DNA of 64,000 nucleotides from an uncultured Actinomycetes bacterium (GTDB lineage: Bacteria; Actinomycetota; Thermoleophilia; Gaiellales; JAICJC01). How positions within the stretch are numbered: the stretch's first letter is position 1; every line of letters begins with the position of its first letter. Both the position numbers and the translations under genes were made by a program. Below, piece by piece: positions 56,942 through 64,000 of the stretch. The notes under the pieces were generated by a model. It had not been told where the DNA came from, did not search any database, and saw only the letters and a list, made by a program, of their open reading frames with translations. The DNA lies in the NCBI GenBank assembly GCA_963757605.1, contig CAVWSF010000001.1:632349-696348 (forward strand). Direction: 5' to 3'.

Positions 56942-57397
56942 TCAGGCCGGGACGGGATTGCGCGCGGGAGTCGCAGCCTGCGAATCGGCGAGCGCCTCGA
57001 CGAGCATCCGCTCGACGACCTGCCGCCACTCACCGGTGCGGATTTCGACCTTGTCGGGCAGGATCCTGCGCGGCGTGCGGTCGGCGTGATGCCGCTTGGC
57101 GAGCCGGTCGAAGGCGCCGATCGCGTTCAGGACCGTCGCGTGCCCGCGCGAGCCGACGAGCGATCCGATCCAGTCTCCCGGCCGGCCCTCGTCGCGGAAG
57201 ACGCCCTCGCGGACACCCTGCCAGTAGGCATGCTGGAAGAGACAGCCCGCGACGCCGTGGTCCGTCCAGCAGCCGGCCGTGACCTCGGCCTCGCCGCGGT
57301 CGATCCCGCGCAGCGCCAGCTGCAGCAGGCGGCGCCCTCTGTCGTTCCCGGCGAGCTCATGCAGCTCGCCCCGCAGCTCACGTTCCTCGGCGGTCAT
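56942..57397 (-). CDS. Hypothetical protein with a Cys/His motif
   Basis: GGAGG RBS; GCW...GCLFQHAYW; 12 nt downstream of the ligase stop. Confidence 0.7.
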   Translation of the reverse strand: MTAEERELRGELHELAGNDRGRRLLQLALRGIDRGEAEVTAGCWTDHGVAGCLFQHAYWQGVREGVFRDEGRPGDWIGSLVGSRGHATVLNAIGAFDRLAKRHHADRTPRRILPDKVEIRTGEWRQVVERMLVEALADSQAATPARNPVPA

Positions 57398-57409
57398 GCG
57401 CAACCTCCC

Positions 57410-58744
57410 TCAGAAGACCTCGGTGTACTCCTGCCGCTCCCAGTCGGTGACGTGGTCGTCGAATCGTTGCAGTTCGTACCTGCGCATCGTGGTGTACGCG
57501 GTTACGAAGTCCTGGCCGAGCGCGTCGACCAGCTTCGGGTCGGTCTCGAGCGCGTCGAGTCCCTCGCGCACCGACGTGGGGAGCGGCTCCTTCGACGGGT
57601 CCTCCTCGGCCGGCGCGTTCGCCGCGGGCTCGAGCTCGAGCTCCTCCTCGATCCCGTTCAGCCCGGCTGCCAGCATCGCCGCGCCGACCAGATACGGGTT
57701 CGAGAGCGCGGTCGGCGCCCGGTTCTCGATGTGGCGATTCGACGCCGAGCCGCTCTTGATCCGCAGGAACGCGGTGCGGTCCTCGGTGCCCCACGAGATG
57801 TTCGTGGGGCTGAACGTGTGCGTCCGGCGTCGCTTCAGGCAGTTCACCGTCGGCGCAAGCAGCGTGTAGATCCCGCGCGCGTGCCGGATCTGGCCCGCCA
57901 TGAACTGGCGGCAGAGGCCGGACGTGCCCTCCGGGTCGGAGTCGTCGCCGAACACGTTCTCGCCGCCGTCCAGGCTCGTCAGGCTGACGTGCGCGTGGCA
58001 GCCAGAGCCGGCGCCGTCGGCGAACGGCTTCGACATGAACGTCGCGTTCAGGCCGTGCGCATGGGCGATCTCCTTCGTCGCGTTCTTGAACGAGAAGGCA
58101 TTGTCGGGGCCCGCCAGCCCGGCCCCGGGCCGGAAGTTGATCTCCCACTGCGAGCCGGCGTACTCGCAGTTGGCGGTGATGATCTCGATCCCGAACGCGT
58201 TCATGTGGTCGATCAGCTCGGTGATCATGGGGACGAACGTGTTCCGGACGGGGTTGAAGATCTGGTAGCCCGTGAAGAGCGGCGTCCCGTCGAGGTGCAG
58301 GACGTAGAACTCGGGCTCGAAGCCGAGTACCGGCTCGAAGCCCATCTCGCGGCAGCGCTCGAGCTGACGGCGGAAGACGTAGCGCGGCAGCGCCCTGAGC
58401 GGCTCGCCGCCGACGAACTGCGAGTCGCAGATGAAGCGGGCGGTGGCCTCGGCCCACGGCACCACCGCGGCCGTCTCGGGATCCGGCATCAGCCGCTGAT
58501 CGCCGTAGCCGATCTCCTCGTGGTAGAGCGTGCCGGGGACGACGTCCGAGCGCGAGTCCAGCACCGCCGCCCCGCCGTACATGTTGAGCCCCTCCTCGCA
58601 GTAGCCGGCGGCCTGCGCGATCGGCACGATCTTGGTGCGGCTCGTGCCGTGCATGTCGGGGAGCTCGAAGCGGACGTAGCGGATGCCGTCGCCGCGCCAG
58701 ATCTCGATGGTGTCCAGCGTCGAGGCGGTGGCGGTCTTTGCCAT
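57410..58744 (-). CDS. Glutamine synthetase family, probable gamma-glutamyl-amine ligase
   Basis: FEPEFY, EYAGSQWEIN, ATFMSKP, GSGCHAH, ENR and NPYL; lacks DGSS and has TFSP in place of the GYEAP flap. Confidence 0.88.
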   Translation of the reverse strand: MAKTATASTLDTIEIWRGDGIRYVRFELPDMHGTSRTKIVPIAQAAGYCEEGLNMYGGAAVLDSRSDVVPGTLYHEEIGYGDQRLMPDPETAAVVPWAEATARFICDSQFVGGEPLRALPRYVFRRQLERCREMGFEPVLGFEPEFYVLHLDGTPLFTGYQIFNPVRNTFVPMITELIDHMNAFGIEIITANCEYAGSQWEINFRPGAGLAGPDNAFSFKNATKEIAHAHGLNATFMSKPFADGAGSGCHAHVSLTSLDGGENVFGDDSDPEGTSGLCRQFMAGQIRHARGIYTLLAPTVNCLKRRRTHTFSPTNISWGTEDRTAFLRIKSGSASNRHIENRAPTALSNPYLVGAAMLAAGLNGIEEELELEPAANAPAEEDPSKEPLPTSVREGLDALETDPKLVDALGQDFVTAYTTMRRYELQRFDDHVTDWERQEYTEVF

Positions 58745-59535
58745 CAGGTGGTTCCCTCCGGATCCGGTGTGCCGTTGTGCCAATGACGAAGCTCGAAGCC
58801 GTCGCCCTCCAGCCGCTCGCGCAGGGCGGCCCCCCGGGCCGAGCCGATCACGGCGAGCACGCCGCCCTCGTGGCCGTCGTCGCGGCGAAGCGACGCGGCG
58901 ACCCGGTCGGGCGGCTGGAGGTGGTGGCCGGCGATGCCGAGCTCCTGGTAGGTGTCGCGGACGACGACCAGGTCGGCCGCCGGCCCGCGCACGAGCGCCG
59001 CGAAGTTCACGAAGTGGCCGACGTCCCAGTCGGCCGGCGGCGGCTCCACGGCCTCGCCGCGCAGGTGGGCGAGGACGATGGCCGGGCCGGGGCGCGAGCC
59101 CCAGAACAGCCCGGTGCGGACGTTGGCGACGAGGGTCGCGTCGGCCGCAGCGTCCATGAGGGCCGTCACGGTCTCGGCCGTCCACGGGCCGGCGACCGGG
59201 ATCGCGGCGAGCCGGCCGCCAGCCAGCCGCTCGATCGCCCGCGCGACCCCCGGCGCCGAGGTGCCGCCCACGCCCGGGGTCGGGTCGACCGCGAGCTCGA
59301 CGCGATAGTCGTTTCGGGGCGTCGCGCCGGGCGCGACGTGGGTCTGCGGGTCGCCACCGGGGAGGATGGCGCCGGCCGCGGCCGCGACCTCGTCCTGGTC
59401 GACGTCGACGCCGGCGGCGCGCAGGACGAGCGAGCCCCAGAAGCAGCCGCAGAGGTTGTCCTTCTGCTGCCGTTCGGCGGCGTACAGGTCGGCAAGCCCC
59501 TGCTGGCGGGCGGCGGTGACGCTGGCTCCGGCCAC
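58744..59535 (-). CDS. Uncharacterised protein with a papain/phytochelatin-synthase-like Cys-His-Asp arrangement
   Basis: QQKDNLCG, VGHFV and LVVVRD; its stop overlaps the ligase ATG; TATGCT -10 6 nt upstream. Confidence 0.7.
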   Translation of the reverse strand: MAGASVTAARQQGLADLYAAERQQKDNLCGCFWGSLVLRAAGVDVDQDEVAAAAGAILPGGDPQTHVAPGATPRNDYRVELAVDPTPGVGGTSAPGVARAIERLAGGRLAAIPVAGPWTAETVTALMDAAADATLVANVRTGLFWGSRPGPAIVLAHLRGEAVEPPPADWDVGHFVNFAALVRGPAADLVVVRDTYQELGIAGHHLQPPDRVAASLRRDDGHEGGVLAVIGSARGAALRERLEGDGFELRHWHNGTPDPEGTT

Positions 59536-59550
59536 AGCGTGAGCATATGC

Positions 59551-59575
59551 AAAATTGGTGCCTGACCCCGTTCTT
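59551..59575. repeat. REP-like palindromic element, copy 3
   Basis: AAAATTGGTGCCTGACCCCGTTCTT, a hybrid of copies 1 and 2. Confidence 0.65.
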
Positions 59576-59702
59576 GCACTACCCTGCTGGCATGCGCGGG
59601 GTCTTGCGGCTTCTCCGGGTCGTCGACGCGGCGGTGTGCCGCGTCGGCCGCAGCTGCTGCGTCGGGCGCACCCAGGCGCGCGGTCGGTAAGATCGCGCCG
59701 CG

Positions 59703-60749
59703 ATGCGAGCGGCGATCTGGAATGGGCCGGGCGAGATGGAGCTCGGTGTGGTGCCCGACGCGACCTGCCCGGCCGACGGCGCGCTGCTTCGCGTCGTCGC
59801 CTGCGGCATCTGCGGCACCGACGTCCGCACCTTCTACAACGGCGACCGCCGCATCGAGCCCGGCGCAGTGCTCGGCCACGAGATCTGCGGCGAGGTGCTC
59901 GAGGTCGGGCCCGACGCCGACGGCGACCTGCGCGCGACGACCGGCGACCTCGTCCACGTGATCTCGACGCTCTACTGCGGAGCCTGCACGCTCTGCCGCA
60001 CGGGAAACGAGCACCTGTGCCAGCACGGCGGGCTCATGGGGTTCGACTACCAGGGCGCCTACGCGGAGCTGGTCGCCATCCCCCACGTCGCGCTCAAGAA
60101 CATCTTCGTCATCCCCGAGGGCCTCGACGCCGTCCACGCCACGTTCGCCGACCCGCTCTCGGACGCGATCTGCGGGCACAAGGACCTCGAGGTGGGCCTC
60201 GACCTGCGGGCGGTGGTGATCGGGGCCGGCCCCGTCGGCACGGCCCACGTCGCGCTCGCCCTGGCCCAGGGCGCCGGCACCGTCTACCTGCTCGAGACCG
60301 AGGCCCGCCGGCTCGAGCTCGCCCACACCGTGCTCCAGGACGACCGCGTCCGCTACGTCGACACGTCCGCCGTCGACCCGGTCGAGCACATCCGCTCCGA
60401 CACCGGCGACGGCGCCGAGCGGGTCATCGTCGCGTGCTCGAACGCCCGCGCCCAGGAGCAGGCCATGGAGATGGCGGCGCCGCGCGGGCGCGTCCTCTTC
60501 TTCGGCGGGCTCCCCAAGGGCACGACCACGATCGACTTCCCGTCGAACGTCCTGCACTACCGCGAGGTGGCCGTGCTGGGAAGCTACGCCTCGCGCTACC
60601 GCGACCAGGTGCAGGCGCTCGACATGCTCGAGCAGAACACCGCGAACATCCGCGGCGTCGTGACCGACGTCGTCTCGCTCGACGAGACGCCCGAGGCGTT
60701 CCCGCGCATCCGAAGCGGCGCCGCGCTGAAGGTCGTCGTTACGCCGTAG
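59703..60749 (+). CDS. Zinc-dependent polyol/alcohol dehydrogenase (sorbitol DH-like)
   Basis: CGTD, GHE, CGACTLC...C and GAGPVG. Confidence 0.92.
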   Translation: MRAAIWNGPGEMELGVVPDATCPADGALLRVVACGICGTDVRTFYNGDRRIEPGAVLGHEICGEVLEVGPDADGDLRATTGDLVHVISTLYCGACTLCRTGNEHLCQHGGLMGFDYQGAYAELVAIPHVALKNIFVIPEGLDAVHATFADPLSDAICGHKDLEVGLDLRAVVIGAGPVGTAHVALALAQGAGTVYLLETEARRLELAHTVLQDDRVRYVDTSAVDPVEHIRSDTGDGAERVIVACSNARAQEQAMEMAAPRGRVLFFGGLPKGTTTIDFPSNVLHYREVAVLGSYASRYRDQVQALDMLEQNTANIRGVVTDVVSLDETPEAFPRIRSGAALKVVVTP

Positions 60750-60784
60750 TGCCGCGGGAGGCGGTCCAGCCCGTCTCCCAGTCC

Positions 60785-60805
60785 GACGGGGCAAACGCCC
60801 GTCTT
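60785..60805 (+). terminator. Short hairpin between convergent genes
   Basis: GACGGG-GCAAACG-CCCGTC-TT. Confidence 0.4.
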
Positions 60806-60817
60806 GCCGGCATCCCT

Positions 60818-61468
60818 TCAGGGGCCATCGTCCACGTCCAGGTCGCTTCGCCGCACCGTAGCTTCGCGGTCGACCGCTGCGACCCAGAGCGGATGATGGT
60901 GCTCCGCCCAGCCGCGGTCGACGTCGCCGAGCGTCATGCCGCGCAGCGCATGCCGCGTGGCGGGGTTGAGCACGGCCATGAAGACGTGCCCCGACAGGAG
61001 GCCGCAGAGCGCGACCGTCGTCAGGGTGTGCAGCGGACCCTGCGGCAGGCCGCGGCCGGCGAGGAGGAGCGCAAGACCGGTGGCGTAGAGCACGGCGAGG
61101 CCGAGCGCCGAGAGCCGGGCATTCAGCTTCTGCCCGGCGTTGAAGCGCCCGACGGGCGGCGGGGGCGCTCCGGTGCGGAGCCGCTCGGGCACGCCGCGCA
61201 GCCAGTCAGCGTCGCCGGGCTCGGTGGTGGCAAGCTGGATCCCGGTCCGGGTGAGCGCCGCGCCGTCGGCCCGCCAGAGCAGCAGCACGAGCCCCGCGAC
61301 GAGGATCGCCGCGGAGCCGACGTGGAGGTCGACCACCGGCTGGTCGGCATCCCATGTGTGCGGCATCTGCGTCCCGCTGAGCAGGATCGCCGCGAACGCG
61401 ACGACCACGAGCCAGTGTGCGGCACGCTCGGTGCGGGTGAACCGTAGGAGGCGCTCCGCTGTCACCAT
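60818..61468 (-). CDS. Cytochrome b, formate dehydrogenase gamma/FdnI-like
   Basis: RFTRTERAAHW, LH, GRFNAGQK, LH, GHVFMA and WAEHHHPLW. Confidence 0.85.
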   Translation of the reverse strand: MVTAERLLRFTRTERAAHWLVVVAFAAILLSGTQMPHTWDADQPVVDLHVGSAAILVAGLVLLLWRADGAALTRTGIQLATTEPGDADWLRGVPERLRTGAPPPPVGRFNAGQKLNARLSALGLAVLYATGLALLLAGRGLPQGPLHTLTTVALCGLLSGHVFMAVLNPATRHALRGMTLGDVDRGWAEHHHPLWVAAVDREATVRRSDLDVDDGP

Positions 61469-61569
61469 CCCCAGTATGCGCGAGCGCAGATGAGAGGCTC
61501 GTGAAAACTGCCTGAGAGCCGGGCGGCTCTGATCTGGTTGAATTGCGCCGACCACCGCGAGGAGGACAC

Positions 61570-62388
61570 ATGAGCCTGGGCAAGACCATCCGGTTGAAGC
61601 GGGTCCTGAACGACCCGACGAACACGTCCGTCATCTGCGCGCTCGACCATGGGATGACGTCGCCCGTGTTCCTCGACCCGCTCGCCGACATCCGCGCGCG
61701 CGTCACCGAGGCGGTGGCCGGCGGCGCGAACGTGCTCATGCTGTCCCGGGGCATGGCCCGGATCGCCGCCGCCGAGCTGAGCCAGACGACCGCCGTCGCG
61801 TACATGCTGTCGGCGTCGGCCCATCCCGGCGAGAACCCGAGCATCGCGGCCGTGGCCGAGGTCGAGGAGGCCCTGCGCTCCGGCGCGGACGCGGTCGTCC
61901 TCTACGTGGCGCTCGGCACCGACACCGAGCAGGACATGATCGAGCGCCTGGCAGAGGTCGGCTCGGCGTGCGACGAGCTCGGCATGCCGTTCATCGCCGA
62001 GGCGGAGTGGCCGAGCGCCTACTCGGGCACGACCGCCGAGCTGGGGACCGACTACCTGCTGCGAAACGTGCGCCTGTGCGCGGAGTTGGGCGCCGACATC
62101 ATCAAGACGAACTGGCCGGGGTCGGGCGAGGAGTACGCGCGCCTCGTCGCCGCCGCGGCCGGGCTTCCGACGGTGCTCGCCGGCGGCTCGCGCATCACCG
62201 AGGCCGAGCTCCTGACGCGGCAGCAGCACGCCATGGAGGCCGGCGCCGTCGGGTGCAGCGTCGGGCGCAACATCTTCATGCACGAGAGCCCCGAGGCGAT
62301 GGCCCGCGCCCTGAAGCGCGTCATCGTCGACCGATGGACGGCAGAGCGGGCGCTGGAGGAGCTGGGGGCGGCCGCCGCCGCCCGATGA
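61570..62388 (+). CDS. Class I aldolase, DhnA/LsrF family
   Basis: ALDHG, ELGADIIKT (Schiff-base Lys), AGG and GRNIF; GGAGG RBS. Confidence 0.88.
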   Translation: MSLGKTIRLKRVLNDPTNTSVICALDHGMTSPVFLDPLADIRARVTEAVAGGANVLMLSRGMARIAAAELSQTTAVAYMLSASAHPGENPSIAAVAEVEEALRSGADAVVLYVALGTDTEQDMIERLAEVGSACDELGMPFIAEAEWPSAYSGTTAELGTDYLLRNVRLCAELGADIIKTNWPGSGEEYARLVAAAAGLPTVLAGGSRITEAELLTRQQHAMEAGAVGCSVGRNIFMHESPEAMARALKRVIVDRWTAERALEELGAAAAAR

Positions 62389-63878
62389 CCGACCCGGATC
62401 TCATCTGCGGGATCGACGTCGGCTCGCAGGGCTCGTGCCTGGCCGTCTTCGACCCGGGCGGCGAGCGGCTGGCGACCTCCTACCAGCCGCACACGCTCTC
62501 CTACCCGCGACCGGGATGGGCCGAGCAGGACCCGCGCGACTGGCGGGCGGCGGTCGTGAACGGCTTCCGCGACCTCTCGGCCCGCGTCAACCTGCGCCGG
62601 GTGCGGGCGATCTCGTTCGGGTCGCAGCTCGACGGCCTGGTCTGCGTCGACCGAAACGGCCAGCCGGCCGGGCCGGCGATCATCTGGATGGACCGCCGCG
62701 CCGACCCGCTCTGCCGGGCGGCCGAGGAGCGGATCGGGCCAGACGAGTGGTACGCCCGCTCGGGGTGCAACCTCGACGGCTCGCACGTCGCGGCCAAGAT
62801 CGCCTGGGTGGCGCGCGAGCGCCCGGACCAGGACGCGCGCACCGACCGCTACCTCCTCCCCGGCGCCTACATGGTGCGGGTGGCCTGCGACGCCGACGCC
62901 GTCGACCGCTCGAACGCGTCGTCGACCATGGCGCTCGACCCGGACTCGGGCGAGTGGGACGAGCGCCTTCTGGCGGCGTTCGGGATCGATGCAGGGCGGC
63001 TGCCGCCGGTCATCGGTGCGGACGAGCCGGTCGGCGAGATCACGGCCGGGTTCGCGGCCAACACCGGCCTTCCGCCCGACACGACCGTCGTGTGCGGCTG
63101 CGGCGACGAGATGGCCGCGACGCTCGGGGCGGGGCTCGTGGAGCCGGGCATGGTCTGCGACGTCCTGGGGACGGCCGAGCCGGTGTGCGCGGTGGCCGAC
63201 CGGCCCCTTCGCGACGCCACCCGGATCGCGGAGTGCCATCCCCACGCCGCCCCCGGCCGCTGGCTGCTCGAGAACCCGGGCTGGGCCTCCGGCGCGTCCT
63301 ACCGCTGGTTCCGCGACCAGCTCGGCGGCGGGCTCGACTACGAGGGCCTGAACGCGCTGGCCGCCGAGGCGCCGGCGGGGGCGGACGGCCTGGTCTTCCT
63401 GCCCTGGATGGGCGGCGCGATGGCGCCGCGCTGGGAGGCGGAGGCGCGCGGCGGCTGGTACGGGCTCACCCCCGCCCACGGCCTGGCGCACTTGGCGCGG
63501 GCGCTGCTCGAGGGCTCGGCCTACGCGCTTCGCGACGTGGTCGAGGCGATCGCGGACGCCGGCCTGGAGCCGTCGCAGATCGTGTGCGTCGCCGGCGGGG
63601 CGCGCTCGCCGCTCGTGCGCCAGATGCGAGCCGACGCGACCGGCGTACCCGTCACCTGGTCTGAGGACGTCGAGACCACCGCTCGCGGCGCGGCGATGCT
63701 TGCCGCCTCCGGGTCGGGGCTCCATCCCTCGACGGCCGCGGCGGCGGAAGCCATGTCGCGGATCGCGACCCAGACGCACCAGCCGGACCCGGCCGGCGCC
63801 GAGGCGTCTGCGGACGGCCACCGCCGCTACCGGCTGATCTTCGAAGCGCTCGCCGACCGGTTCGGGGAGCTGGCGTGA
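62385..63878 (+). CDS. FGGY family carbohydrate kinase (xylulokinase-like)
   Basis: GIDVGS, GWAEQDP, WMDRR, CGD, LEG and GGARS; ATGA overlap. Confidence 0.92.
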   Translation: MTDPDLICGIDVGSQGSCLAVFDPGGERLATSYQPHTLSYPRPGWAEQDPRDWRAAVVNGFRDLSARVNLRRVRAISFGSQLDGLVCVDRNGQPAGPAIIWMDRRADPLCRAAEERIGPDEWYARSGCNLDGSHVAAKIAWVARERPDQDARTDRYLLPGAYMVRVACDADAVDRSNASSTMALDPDSGEWDERLLAAFGIDAGRLPPVIGADEPVGEITAGFAANTGLPPDTTVVCGCGDEMAATLGAGLVEPGMVCDVLGTAEPVCAVADRPLRDATRIAECHPHAAPGRWLLENPGWASGASYRWFRDQLGGGLDYEGLNALAAEAPAGADGLVFLPWMGGAMAPRWEAEARGGWYGLTPAHGLAHLARALLEGSAYALRDVVEAIADAGLEPSQIVCVAGGARSPLVRQMRADATGVPVTWSEDVETTARGAAMLAASGSGLHPSTAAAAEAMSRIATQTHQPDPAGAEASADGHRRYRLIFEALADRFGELA

Positions 63879-64000
63879 GGGCCGTCCTGCTCACGGCCCA
63901 CGGCGGGCCGGAGGTGCTCGAGCCCGCGACGGTGCCGGATCCCGCGCCGGGGCCCGGGCAGGTGGCGGTCGACCTCGTCCGGGCGGCGCTCAACCATCGC
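63875..64000 (+). CDS. Zinc-binding dehydrogenase/quinone reductase family, 5' part only
   Basis: GTG overlapping the kinase stop; VRAVLLTAHGGPEVL...PDPAPGPGQV...AALNHR, running off the window. Confidence 0.75.
   Translation, partial: MRAVLLTAHGGPEVLEPATVPDPAPGPGQVAVDLVRAALNHR

Noticed and set aside
27122..59575. CRISPR array from the AAAATTGG repeats
   Set aside because: The copies are kilobases apart with no spacers and no cas genes.

Overview
High-GC actinobacterial chromosome segment. Thermoleophilia/Gaiellales-like is an inference from the GuaB3-type IMPDH, a Gram-positive-type LexA box, many apparently leaderless TANNNT promoters and the gene repertoire. Core blocks are rplM-rpsI-glmM-glmS, guaB3-guaA, pyrE-hup-DEDD/GIY-YIG nuclease-pyrF-IMPase and murI-rph-rdgB. 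Accessory blocks lie between them. (1) An ~8.8 kb segment (5440-14237) is bracketed by a diverged direct repeat of the last 34 codons of glmS. It carries a GntR-linked transporter/hydrolase operon and has no integrase. (2) A ~12.8 kb block between rplM and guaA holds an adenylate-cyclase/STAND/TPR gene, an orphan solute-binding protein, Crp, an RTX-deacetylase and an S53 protease. (3) An amine/amino-acid catabolic region (43.9-59.5 kb) includes a gamma-glutamyl-amine ligase coupled to an uncharacterised phytochelatin-synthase/papain-like protein. (4) A polyol/sugar catabolic cluster runs to the right edge. A dispersed REP-like palindrome family, two TetR-type operators and an SOS box are visible. 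At least ten single-base indels, one inside guaA, suggest long-read consensus errors. No tRNA, rRNA, CRISPR array, transposase or integrase was recognised. Starts were chosen by eye and family calls come from motif recognition, not database searches.
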